Source: Stylophora pistillata
Taxonomy: Eukaryota
Direction of reading: 5' to 3'
Length of the DNA: 64,000 nucleotides
Assembly (NCBI RefSeq): GCF_002571385.2
Contig: NW_019217866.1
Coordinates: forward strand, 119,529 to 183,528
The translations under genes and the position numbers were made by a program. The notes below the pieces were generated by a model. That model was given only the letters and a program-made list of their open reading frames with translations, had not been told where the DNA came from and made no database searches. The stretch's first letter is position 1, and every line of letters starts with the position of its first letter. Below are positions 50,776 to 63,199 of the stretch, piece after piece.

Positions 50776-52502
50776 ATGGCCTTGTTCTGGCGAAATTCTA
50801 GACTCCTTGCTAACCAGCGTTTCTGTCTACAGTTGCAGCAGGTAAGGCACGGATAGCTTTAATTGTAAGTTGTGATGTGCTTGGTATGCGGTTCTTACGT
50901 AACACTCAGTCAGGACTGCTGAAATGCTAACTGCACTGTAAACGTTCCATCAGTATCTTTGATTTTAGCTCCTAAGGCTATTAAGAGAAAGATTNNNNNN
51001 NNNNNNNNNNNNNNNNNNNNNNNNNNNNNNNNNNNNNNNNNNNNNNNNNNNNNNNNNNNNNNNNNNNNNNNNNNNNNNNNNNNNNNNNNNNNNNNNNNNN
51101 NNNNNNNNNNNNNNNNNNNNNNNNNNNNNNNNNNNNNNNNNNNNNNNNNNNNNNNNNNNNNNNNNNNNNNNNNNNNNNNNNNNNNNNNNNNNNNNNNNNN
51201 NNNNNNNNNNNNNNNNNNNNNNNNNNNNNNNNNNNNNNNNNNNNNNNNNNNNNNNNNNNNNNNNNNNNNNNNNNNNNNNNNNNNNNNNNNNNNNNNNNNN
51301 NNNNNNNNNNNNNNNNNNNNNNNNNNNNNNNNNNNNNNNNNNNNNNNNNNNNNNNNNNNNNNNNNNNNNNNNNNNNNNNNNNNNNNNNNNNNNNNNNNNN
51401 NNNNNNNNNNNNNNNNNNGCAACAGTTATTGCAGCTAAGGAACCATTCCAAGTGGAACTTGTTGAAGGGAAGAAATATTCTTGGTGCAAGTGTGGGCTAA
51501 GTAAAAAACAGGTAGTTACTTCACATGCCTATAAGGTTGAGTTAGCTCATAATAAATTAACATAACCTGAGACTAACACTGTTGATGACTAACACTGTTT
51601 GGGTGTGATTGTCTGGCTAAGGATTGACATGGAAAGAGTCATTTTCTATGGCTGACATTTGGAAAAAAAATCTCAGGGCAAGTTCTAATCAAAATCAGAT
51701 TGTTAGGATCGCTCATAACTGGACAATCACACTACAAATTAATGTCAAAGTTTTTCTGTGTAGAATTATTAAAAGTTGTATTTGTCATCTTCTGGGTGTA
51801 GTGTAATAACCTTTAAAATGTTGTATTTGTCATCTTCTGGGTGTAGTGTAATAACCTTTTGTATGAATTTTTGGTGGCATTAATTTTTCTGAGAGACATC
51901 TCACTTTTGTTTGTGACTTTAAAGGGTGCTTTCTGTAGACAGACCCTAAAAACTACTTAAATTAATTTTTTTGGGAAGAGAGAGAGCCTTTCAGACTTTT
52001 CTGTGACAGAACTGTTTGAACAGGTGGGTAAAGTGATTTTTGGAAGGTTGGTATAAGGGTTTTTTTTTTTCTCGTGTTGCTAGACAACAGGAAACAACAT
52101 CCCTGAAAGAGATTATATACCTGGTACCTTTGAAATTTGTCAAAAGCTTGAATCCAAAGGTGATGTTTAAAAGTTGTCACCAAAATCCACTTTTCACGAA
52201 ATGACAAAAAAAAGGTGCAGAGAGGGGAGTTACCTTAATTAAGAGCCAGTGGAAGATCTGCTCTGAAGTTGTAATGAAAAAAATAGACCAATTTCTATTG
52301 AGCGACCTTTTTTTTAAGTGCACTTAATTCCTTGCAGCCATTCTGTGATGGAAGTCATAAAGTGACTCAAATCAAGCCAGTTCGGTTTGTGGCAGAAGCA
52401 ACCAGCTCTGAGATCTTCCTGTGCGGATGCAAACAGACAGGTTCAGCACCGTTTTGTGATGGAACTCATGCCACAGAAAAGGTCCAGTCTGCAGATTTAT
52501 GA
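50776..52502 (+). CDS. CISD3: CDGSH iron-sulfur domain protein 3 (mitochondrial, two CDGSH motifs); partly hidden by an N gap
   Basis: Exons 50776-50841 (Arg-rich presequence-like MALFWRNSRLL..), <51419-51511 (PFQVELVEGKKYSWCKCGLSKKQ) and 52338-52502 (PFCDGSH..LCGCKQTGSAPFCDGTH). Gap at 50995-51418. Confidence 0.9.
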
Positions 52503-53283
52503 TGGTAAATTTTCTAAACCGTTGCTTTTACTGTGGACATATTGTCACCAGCTGTCAAACTTCGTTTTATCACGGTACAACCTTTATGGAGAATATTGGA
52601 GTGTTCTAAGAACAAATAAAGTGTCACGCGAGCATTGCAGTTTCTGTAATTTTTCGGTGCAGAAATGATAATTTAATGAAGGGTTATGCCTTTATCCCCC
52701 ACCCTCCCCNNNNNNNNNNNNNNNNNNNGAGAATAAGGCACTTGTATTGTAAGTTGTCTTGAAGCGAACACATTCTCGCATTTTTAGTCGTTTCATGTTA
52801 TATTCTCTACAGAATCTCGCATTTACTAGTTATTTGCTAGCGTTGTGAGGTCAGTTATGTACGCCCTTATTCTCAAAGAATGGGCCAGATCCCAAAGCGG
52901 TAAGAACTGGCTTGAATTTTGTGCTTGGATTAAGTTCGAAATACTTCATTTTAAAAATATGGCGACAGGGGCCTTGATTTCCTTGGCTTTCTGAACGATT
53001 CTTTTTAAGGGTTTAAATGTATTTCCTTGATGCCTGAACTATTTTTTAACATTTTGAAGTAGCCATTGCAAACACACAGACAACACAGCTCAGCTCCACA
53101 ACTTGCGTTCCAGGGTGATTTATTGTTAGGAAATTTTCTTGTTTGCAAATTTAGTCTATCTTGTTGAATTACTTTTCATTGTGTGATTCTCTTTATCAGA
53201 AAGACAAAAAAGTGCAATAGAATTTGAAATATCCTTTAGTGTCTTGCTTAATTTGTTAGTTTTTCGGTCTAAATATAAACTCG

Positions 53284-56200
53284 TTAATCGTCGGATCGTT
53301 CAATAAGGACTCCATACAGTTCAATACCAGATAAATAAATGCTATGTCTCCCTGAAGAGTTCTTGGCAGTCTGAAAAATCCTGAAATACCGAAAAGCTCC
53401 GAGTTCCCCGTCGACACACCAGGTTGCGGTGTAATATGGGTAAGGCTCTTTAAGCCCGCGATCATTCTCGTGTTTCCTTAGCAGTTTCCAAGTACGTCCG
53501 TCCAACGATCCCTCCAGCCGCCAATTACGAATGATTGACATACCGTTATCCCTTCCTTGTCTGAGAGTGTAATGTGTGAGATAAAGAGCATATTTCTCAC
53601 TTAAGTCAACACTCCACCACGATCTTTCCTCGTCTTTGGTGCCGCTTAATGTTCCGCCTCTCCGAGTATCTAACAGATCACTTGCCGAGCCTTGTTCGTC
53701 AGAAGATCGTGTGGCGATTATTCTCGTCGGAAAGGAGTTCGTGCTGCTGGGATTTACCCATGATGAGGTACCAAAATTTGTTCCTAGCGCATAGATGAGT
53801 CCGTGTCTGTCAAAATCCTTTCTATAGTTCAAAACGCCTGGGTTAACAAAAAAAATATATCATTGTGAATATTCTTCTCGTAAAAGCTCTACAAGTAAGA
53901 TGAGATCCTAATTCAATAGGACTCATTAACTGATACATCAATCGATCGATAATCAGTCGGATTATTCTTGTTCTAAAACATTACATTTTGTCGGTCTGAA
54001 GATTGCTCTTCCGAGGGTTTCAACGGCTAGAAAATTCGCGTGACCAAGCTGCGATTGGTTGATGGGGTGGCGCGAGACCAATCACAGTGCGCTACAAAGC
54101 AGTAGCTATGCAATCCCGGTTTTTTATTTTTATTATTATTTGTATTCGATTGTCAATTGATAATTGCACTACTTATAAAGGTGTGGTTACCAAATTTAGC
54201 ATACTTACGTCCTGGCATGTTCCTTAGTCTTGCGATTTCTTCTTTCAACGCTTCACACTTACAACGGTCTAAGAAGTCTTTACGAAGACGCGCAATTTCT
54301 TCTCCCTTTTGTTTTTCTTTCTCACTAAGTTCAACCTTCAATTTCGCCAGTTCTCTCAAGGCATCCGTCTTTCCTTTAGTCTCTGCCTCCATAACTTCCT
54401 TGGTTTCTTTGAGCTTCTTTTTCTCGCGAGCTAAGTTTTTCTTCACCTTGACGAATTCATCTTCGATTTTCTCCAAATGTGATTTTTCTTTCTTTAGTTG
54501 CGTGGAAACCTTTTGAACCTCTGATTTTTGTTTTTTTAACAGCTCGTTGAGTTCTTCATTTTGCCCCTGCAAATTTTTCATCCTAGCAATTTGCTGCTCG
54601 ATCACTTCACGCAACATCTTCTGCAACTCTTTTTCAAAGTCCCTCGACAACTTTTCATGTTCTTCTCTCAAACCTTGTAGTTCCCTTTGTAGAATCTGTT
54701 TCTCTTTTGCGTGCTCAGCTCGAAGATCTTGAATATCTATGTTTAGTTCCTTAATTTCCTCTTCTAATTTGACTTTCATTCCTTTGATAAAATCTCTCTC
54801 AGTTCGTAATAAGGTACATTCTTCTTCTAACGTGTCACAGCGCGAACAGGGATTATCTCCTACGCAAAAAATAAACAAACAAACAAACAAACATTATTGA
54901 GTAAACCAAAAATGATAATCTTTCAGTCTCCTACCTTACTTGACTTAACACAGTCCGGTCCAATCTACACACTTAATGATACTTATATTAGACAGTCTTG
55001 ATGGTCTGGTTGTAATGACGGCCAGTCCACCTCCTAAGCCCCTCGGAAAGAAGCAGATTGCAAGGACTTGTGCAAAACGTGTGGGTTTAAGACTCTGTCG
55101 TCAGGGAAACACCCTCAGACGTCAATGAAGTTGGGAACTTGCTGTGTATCGAATATCAACAAATCCTCGCCCCCATTTCTTCTACTCAAGCGGTTTCGTG
55201 TGAGGGCTGGTTATTTAAACAAAGTTTTGCCATTGTTTAACAAAACCGCGTACTAAACTTTCTTGAATTTAGCTGAATCTTTTGTCTGAACGTTGATTGT
55301 GTTAACAGTGTCAAGACAGCCGAAAGCTAGTAGAGGAAGGATATTTATTTGAAAAAAACAATCTCCTTTAAGAGAATACGGAAGGCTCACTGTTTGCTGG
55401 CGACTCGTGACGCACACAGTCCGCGAAGGACTGAATATATATGGTGATTACGATAACTCAAAAGACTAAAAATGTTTTAAATTAATTGTAGTTTAGATGC
55501 CCAAGGTTAGGGTAGGGTTACTTGCGTTAAAAACCTTTCACTCTCGTTCACAAAAATCAAAAGAAAAATGTAATCCACAGCTACAGTTATAGTTTGCTAA
55601 CTTACCCTCGAAGTCAGACTGTATTGGTTCACCAGGAGATGTCGCTCGGTCGTGAAAACTGCCACTTCTTGTCCTTTCCAAACTGGTGAACGTATCTTGG
55701 AGTTGCTTTTCTAGCTCTTCGCACTTTTGTTTCAAATCTTCGCGTTCTTTTGTTACTTTAGCTATATCCTTTCTTGTCTTATCTAAAAGTTCTACTGAGA
55801 TGGCGTCGTTTCTGCAAAATGCTGGCTTCATTTCCTCATCCTCATTTTCGATGAAATGAAAGTTTGGACTATGTCTGTTGAAGATATTATGTCCCACTTG
55901 CATCGACGTCCAAGTGGTCATTTCAGAAGAGTTGCTTTGATTTAAAGTAATGTTTTGGTAGTCTGAGAGTTTCTTCGTAAGTTCTTTATTTTCTTTTGAG
56001 GTCTTTTCAAAGTTTTCCTTCAAGTTTCTCAAATCATCGTCCAGTTTATTACACATTGTTCTCAAACGCTCTGTTTCCCCCACGAAAACTTCTTTAGCTG
56101 ACAGTTCTTCTTCCAAGCTCTTAATTTTATTCTCTAATTCCATACCTTTTGCTTGCAAAATTCGCTGATCGTCCTTACTTTTCACCATAAGCGTCTCGTG

Positions 56201-57426
56201 TATACTCTTCAGTTCCTTGAGTTCTTTCTGTGTTTTCTTATGTTTTTGTTGCTCGTTTTCTAAACTTGTCCTTATGAGACAAACTTCCTCACGTAACCTT
56301 GCACTATGCGTCCTTGCGCGGTTAAGCTCTGTCTTCATTTCCTCCATTTCTAGACAAAAGAAAAGCCAATTACTTAAAAATTTTTGACATTTCACGCTTA
56401 GCCTTCGGTGCTTTTCTTTTGTAGTTTTACCTTTAAATCCATCGTAACGGTAGCCCTACATGTCTTAACCTTCATTGATACAGAACAAACTGGTAGTGGT
56501 CTGGGGCTGAGTCCTGCTGAGGAATTTTCTTGGACGATGAGCTGAAAGAGTTCATGCATTTGTTGTCTCTATTGAACAACTGTAATGCTATATTTGGTAT
56601 TAAATGAAGGGTATCTTGTCAGCGACCAAACTGAAGTCCCTGCTGAAATACCACTTCAGTCACTAATACAGCTACGTGTAATCTCACAAATAGAATTTGT
56701 TAGTTTGCTTTTTTTCTCATATGTAATTTGATCACGTGGGACCTTGCTGGGTCTTGCCATGAACGTAAAGAGTTATGTCTTTATAAAGAGAGAGATGAAA
56801 GAATAGGGAGTGAAGAGATGGGTAAAGTCATAAAAGAGTTAAATGTTCTCCGTAGGAAACACGCAGTTTTTAAGGGAAGTACTTTCTTGGAATCACTCTT
56901 ATCTATAATTGCCATGTCAAGTATGAGTACTGGTCGAGAAAAATGTCGCTTGAAAAAATTCCGGTTCTGCAAATAAAATCTGCATGCCTATTGTCGTTAG
57001 CGGAAAAAAAATATATCTTTTTGGACTTAAAACTTACTGCGACCTTTCGAGGTTTATCCACCCCTCCCTCTCTTGTCCACATCACCCCTTCCCATCCCCC
57101 TTCCAAGTGCTTCTTCTTCAATGACCTATAATGTCATCCATTTCATCGCTGGGTAACTTACCTGCTTCTTTGACCAAAGGTGTGGCTAGAAATGGCTGGA
57201 CTTCTTGTAATGCAGTCACAAAATCATCAAAAGCAGTTGGTCCTCTTCTCGGTAGGATCTCTAATAGCTTGTCTGTTCTTTCCTCTCGAGTGGCTTTCAC
57301 TTTCACTTCCTGTTCGTCTGTGACGTCCAATACGTTTACCAAATAAGGAAGGAGCTTCACAGGTTCCAGGTCTCTCCTAAGCGCTGGCCAATGGCGACGC
57401 AAGATGTCCCGATGTCTTTCATTCAT
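53284..57426 (-). CDS. CARD - long coiled coil - HECTD1-type Sad1/UNC-like (galactose-binding fold) domain protein (~737 aa)
   Basis: Exons (high-low) 57426-57162, 56349-55606, 54859-54209, 53837-53284; three phase-1 introns, open frame of 2214 nt. CARD-type KLLEILPRRGPTAFDDFVTAL; heptad-rich middle; C-terminal DFD..GLIYALGTN..WVNP..WWSVDL..YTLRQG..RNWRLEGSLDG..W..FRYFRIFQT..LSGIELYG. Confidence 0.85.
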
Positions 57427-59206
57427 GCTGTTTCAGGCTCAATACAAGTCTCTATCACAGAAGTGTCTTTAATTTTCTCTCCAAATTGCAACTTGCTAAC
57501 AACAAGAGCCTTGTCAAGAAAACCTATGGGTTTAAATGCATGTTCTTTCAAAAATCAGTGAAAGAGAGATTGGGCTTCGTTGTCGTTTCTCTTTTATTGC
57601 ACGAACTTCTGCCCTTCCAGTTTCATTCGCTGTGCCATGCCACTGCGGATATCATAAGCCATGTCGTCAAAGAATTACATCCTTATATCAATTTTTTTTT
57701 TTCTTGGTTACGCAAACAATGGTAGAAATATTTATCAAAGAGAGGGGTTTTCCTGACTATCTCTAAGAAGAGGCTTTGAGTTTTCGTTGATAAAAAAAGT
57801 ATTTTGACTATTCTGCAAGTTTCTGTGGCCGTAAAAGATTATGCGAAAAGAAGAGCAAAATTTGCAAGTGAATAACTTTTCTAGCCGCTCCAATGAATAT
57901 CTTTACAATAGATGTTCTGTTCAGTTGGTCGCATTCAAAAACGGTTTTAGTGTTAACTCTAGTACACCTTAGTGCAATTAAAAGTTTATTTAGTTTACTG
58001 TTTAATGATGAATGCTTGCACTCTCGGCAAATTTAAGTAGATAAAATGTCACCTTTTTCCCCAACCTGGTTTGATAGGTTTGAAGAATAATAAGATTGTC
58101 GGCTTTGTGAGGTGTAGCCGGCTGGAGAGCGTTTCTACGCAAAAGTGGTATCCGCTAAAGATATCCAATCTCAGGTTATTAGCTGCGCTTAAGAAAACGT
58201 TGTTAAGCGGCAAATTGATAACTTTTATAAGGGCTTAAGATAATTTTACTTCAAGCTCTTCACTTCGAATAGCCTGAAGTACTTTCCGCGTGTTGAACCA
58301 GTACGTCACTCCGATGTTAAGTGAACCGTTAGTTAGATATGCAGTGTTTAGATTACCGAATATCGTCATAGAGTTATTGTATATAATATACTTTGATGCG
58401 TGTAAACAAGGTTGTTAAAACTCGCCATGAAGTGATTAAATATTTGACCGGCGTAAATTAGCGAAATGAAATAACACATTTGGCCAAATGCTTGGAGGAA
58501 GACTCTAAACAAGCTGCACTTGCAAAAGAGTCAAAATTATATTACAACGCAAGACTCAAAATAAATCAGTTCATTTCATAACAATTGTGTATAGCTTTAA
58601 CGTTAGATTTAAGAAATTCAACAAACTAACATGAGTTCAAGATGGATCGGTTGACAGCCTACCTCGTCCTGATTCAGCCAAAAGTCGAGTAATTTTTGAC
58701 CCCACAGCAAGTCAGATGAGTGTAAACTTCTCTACCGCAAATGCAGTCAGCTGTACTTCACGGTGCTGGAATCTGTGACACTTCTTTCTCAGCACAACCT
58801 TGAATTAAGTTTGTATATTGGATAAGGACCTTCCGTCAATGAGTGAAATACTTATACTCAAATTTCATCAGAACAAGGCAATTGATTCACCATAATTCTT
58901 CATAAAAAGATATTCAAGAACAGTTTTAGTTCAACGTTACCCTCAACTCTCTTTGATTTTAGTGACGTAACCTTCCGTTTTCGCCGACCAATCAAACACT
59001 TGATTGCATTAGCAACCTGTTGTTATGGCTGCAGTTCTCTGGAGATTAGCATACTGATTTAGATGTTGTCAAGGGACACAAAGTACCCGCAACTTGCCTT
59101 GGAATTTCTAAATTCAATCAGGCAGTGAATTGCGCTGAAGCGTTAAGAATTATTATGTCGTCTAGATTCCACTGAATTTGCTCCAATCCTTTAGGAAAAC
59201 AATTCT

Positions 59207-59234
59207 AATAATAATAATGATGATAATAATAATG

Positions 59235-59270
<36 letters not shown>
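59207..59270. repeat. (AAT)n microsatellite
   Basis: Direct inspection. Confidence 0.9.
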
Positions 59271-59272
<2 letters not shown>

Positions 59273-60059
59273 GGTTTATTAGCATTCCAAAAATGAATTG
59301 GCTCCGCTATGCTAAAATTACTATACTATTGTAATTACGCTATATCATATAGTTTACCATGAGAATTTCATGGTATAGTGCGCTATGTCCCGAGTGGATT
59401 GTTCCCTTACTTAATCAGTCTCTTATTGTTAAAGAAAAAAATGTCTGATCAGTCCTTCAAGAACTACCGAAGAAGACAACTGTTGATTCTCAAGACAACG
59501 ATGATGTTCCCAAGATGACGGTTCTTAGTAATCTTTGACTGACACCAGTGGCTCTCAACTCTTAAGCAAAAATACATCATATTATTCAAAGGTTAGGAAA
59601 TTTAGGGCTCATTCATCCATTAAGTCGCCTTGAAACAGTTATTATTTTACATTTGAGGCCCATCATGTGCATAGATGGAACTGATTTTAACGATAATAGG
59701 GAAAACATTCTCTTTCTTAGCCTTATATGATCTGGCCCATGCCATGATCACTTTACACTTTTATCACGCAATTAAAGGATGAGTGAACCCTAAAATTCCT
59801 AATCTTTGAAGATTATAATGCTCGAGTTTGCTTGTTTGTTGTTTTTTTTTTATTTCGCGCAGACGGCAAGAGCACGGCGACCACATGCGCATGAAGGCCT
59901 TTGCGTTTCCCCTAGAGAAATACAGGAGAAATACAGATTCCCGTATAAATTGACAGGAATCAGCTGGTGGGACGGAATCCCTTTGACTACTTTGTTCTTT
60001 GCTGTGGCTTTCTGTACGAAATACGAAATATCAATGTAAAAGAATACTGAACGTTATTT

Positions 60060-60330
60060 GGGGAGCGGAGATGGCGCAGTGGGGAGAGCACTCGCCTCCC
60101 ACTGCTGTGGCCTCGTACCATTTCTTGTGCCTGGCATCACATGTGAGTTGAGTCTGTTGTTGGTTCTCATCCTTGCTCCGAGGGAAATTCCCCTGGTCTC
60201 CCAAATCACAATTCGACCCAGAAACAGTGGACAAGAAGAGCCGCCTCAAGGAATGTCCACTGCCAAATCGTGCTACTATTATTATTATTATTATTATTAT
60301 TATCATTATTATAATCATTATTATTATTAT
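60060..60330 (+). mobile_element. tRNA-headed SINE (second family) ending in (TAT)n
   Basis: A-box-like TGGCGCAGTGG head, central GTGAGTTGAGT..GTTGGTTCTC..CTTGCTCCGAG, microsatellite tail. Confidence 0.7.
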
Positions 60331-60339
60331 TTCAATTCT

Positions 60340-61820
60340 CTCCAGTTGTTGGGTGTTCCACTGAGTAACGTTGTTTGTGTCTCAGCAACTTCCCGTAGCT
60401 CAGAAACACAACACTTTTCGCAACAGATAAGCCGTTCCAAGGATGGCCGATAATTGAACACTTCCAAGTAAGTTAGGTACACCTAACTTGCCAAACTAGG
60501 CCTTTGATCTTTTCGATATGCTTCCGAGAGCACCTATCACGATAGGTATTACTGTGACTTTCGAAGCTCCATGGATGCTTCTGATTTCGTATGCTAGTTC
60601 CTGGTACTTTTCCACCTTCTCCTCCTCGGTCCGGGTGATGTTCTGATCCGCAGGCACAGCTATATTAATAAGTGTCCATTTCTGTGTGTCTTTATGAATT
60701 AGGGTAATGTCTGGCTGATTATGCCTCAGCACTTTGTCTGTGTAGATAGTAATGTCCCAATTAATCCTCACCTCTCCATTTTCTGCGACTGACAAGGGTC
60801 ATATCACTTGTCAGTACACTCTATTTCCATACTTTCTGCACATCTCCCAGTGTGCCCGCAGGACCACCTTGTCGTGGCGCTTTCTATACCTCTCTGGGCA
60901 AGCTTCTTGCATCCACTGACAATGTGTCTTACTGTTTCAGTGGTGTCTCCACACAGTCTATACAGTGGCGTTTCTGAAGTCTTGTCTACGCTATACTTGA
61001 TCGAGTTTGTTCTTATAGCCTGTTCCTGAACCGCCAGAATCAAACCTTCTGTCTTTTTTTTAAAAATCCGTTCCTTAACCATCTCCAGGACTCCTCTCCA
61101 GCTTCATCTGATATTTGTTGGATGAACTCACCGTGTAGGGCTTTCTCCTTCCAGTTTTTAACTTTCTCTACTTTCTTCCTCCTCTCATAGTCCTGTAGGC
61201 TCTCTTCTTCAACAATAATCTTCTCCTTCAATGCAGTTTGAAGCATCCATTCTGTGCCCTCACTCAGATAACCATAAAGGGACTCCCTCTTCACACACTC
61301 TTCGATACCAATCAGTCCTCTTCCCCCTTCCTTTCTCGACAAGTACAGCCTCGCAACGTTACTCCTTGTGTGTAGACAGCCGTTCATTGCCAAGATCTTC
61401 CTAGTTTTTCTATCCATGCTGGCTACCTCCTCTGTTGTCCAATCCACAATCCCTGCACTGTAGCGCACCACACTTACAGCCCAGGTGTTGATGCCGCAGA
61501 TCAAATTTCCCCCATTCAATTTTGATGTACACAACTTCTTGACTCCTCTGGTATACTCCGATGTTATCTTGCCTTTCATCTTGGTGTTAAGAGTCTGGTC
61601 CAACTGTAGTATGGCCAAGTATTTGTAGCCTTCTTCGTCTATTTCCCCGATGTTCTGGTTGTCGGGTAAGTCTGTTCCGCTACTACCCTTCTCATTTCCA
61701 GAACAGCACACTTGTTTAACCCAAACGACATCTTAGTGTCATGTAAGAAGATCCTTAATACTTGAATGAGTGAGTCTAGTTGATCTCTACTAGCTCCGTA
61801 CAACTTCAGATCATCCATGG
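60340..61820 (-). mobile_element. Decayed RLE non-LTR retrotransposon (R4/Dong-like): RT C-terminal half, CCHC knuckle, endonuclease
   Basis: Consecutive frameshifted ORFs: MDDLKLY (RT), RLYLSRKEGGRGL, RLCG..ETVRHIVSGC, PDITL..INIAVP..KVEKY. The 3' side abuts (TAA)n. Confidence 0.88.
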
Positions 61821-62089
61821 AATGCAAAAGAAACGCACGGGAGCTCGTTAGCTCAAGTGATGCGCCAAGAAATAAGAACGGGAGGAAAAAGGGCTACATT
61901 GAACTAATGACTGATCTCTGGAATACAAAAGGTTATGAACATGTTTCCATTAAAAGACAGAACCTTAGGGATCAAGCTTCGCGACTAGAGAAAAACGCGT
62001 CCTCTTCAAGTATTTCAAGTCCTTTGGATTCTAATGGCGATATTTGGCAATCAAATATACTTGGAAGTAATCTCGATAGACGCCACTGA
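61817..62089 (+). mobile_element. Fragment resembling the N-terminal region of R4/Dong-like retrotransposon ORFs
   Basis: ECKRNA..GRKKGYIELM..LW..KGY..QNLRDQASRL; recognised from memory only. Confidence 0.4.
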
Positions 62090-62548
62090 CATTTAGATGT
62101 AGAAGATGTAAGAAATCTTGCACTTATTTCGTGCTCCAGCCATCTCCTGTTTGCTTTGCAGCAAAAGACTGAACTTGTAGTTGTCATTGCTCCCCGAGCA
62201 GTCCACGTTCATTGCCGAAAGATAGTTCGTCATTCGAGCTTTTTTTTGGGCCATAAAGAACCTTCAATTTGGGTAAAGTCTCGTCAGCTTTCTCGTAGCT
62301 CACTGAAATTAGCGGCTTACCGTGCATCTGCACTCCCATTCAAGCGCGCATTCAGGTTTTAACTGATCAGAGGGTACTTTATAACGAATGATATTTTACT
62401 ATTAATCGACACAGATTCCTTACTGGCTATGATAATGTTTCCTTTTTTTTTTTTAAAGTAAGGGCGAGAAGACTGCATGGCATGTATGTAACGTTTACTC
62501 AGCCCTGACCAATGTTCTGTGTAGATGGAAGATAATTGTATGGCTGTT

Positions 62549-62951
62549 ATCGAAAGCTTTGTTGTCCTGCTCTAGGACCGAACGAACGCTGTAGTAGAAA
62601 TCAACCAAGCAAGAAAAGATCTATTCTCAAAGAAGGCTAGGAGCCCTATTAAAATCCCAACAACACGAGCTGCACTGCAGCAACACGCAATGCGTGCAGT
62701 TTTTTTAAGGAGCATGCATCCGAGGTCAAGTGCTTCTAAAGAAACTCGTGATTCCTTCGCCTTCTGCATGGGGATGGGAAAAAGAAGGGACCTCCTGGAA
62801 ACCCAAGTGGACGACTCTTCCTCAAGCAAAGGACGCTTGCTATGAGTTAATTTACTGTGGCTGCAAGTAAGGCTGCAGGGGCCGCTGTAAATGCTTGAAG
62901 GCTAATCTTGACTGTACAGGTTTGTGTAATTGTGGTAGAAATTGCAACTAA
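62549..62951 (+). mobile_element. Pseudogenic C-terminus of an Academ-like DNA-transposon protein (Cys8/CXC finger)
   Basis: Manual translation across stops and one frameshift: INQARKDLF..IPTTRAALQQHAMRAV..PSPSAWGW..WKPKWTTLPQAKDACYELIYCGCK*GCRGRCKCLKANLDCTGLCNC. Confidence 0.6.
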
Positions 62952-63015
62952 AAGAACCTTGACTCAGCGAGTGTTTTTTAAAGGAGGCATAATAACGTCA
63001 AAGCTAGTAAAGGCT

Positions 63016-63199
63016 GTTTTTCAAAACGATTAAAGGCTGATGGTTTCGAAAGAAGCTGTTTGGGGCTGCGTCGGTGGGAGTAACAAAATAATTTGGATAT
63101 ATCAACAAAGTTGAAGTGGTAAATTGGCCACCGTAACGATTACAAAAGCTGACGTTTCGAGCGTTAGCCCTTCGTCGGAGCGAATAGTTTTTCAAAACG
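63016..63199 (-). mobile_element. Short Penelope-end insertion, 13-bp TSD
   Basis: GTTTTTCAAAACG at 63016-63028 and 63187-63199; nearly identical to 22600-22756. Confidence 0.85.

Noticed and set aside
53284-53832. HECTD1 ortholog
   Set aside because: Only the Sad1/UNC-like domain is similar; there is no ankyrin, MIB or HECT region, and it splices in frame to CARD and coiled-coil exons.
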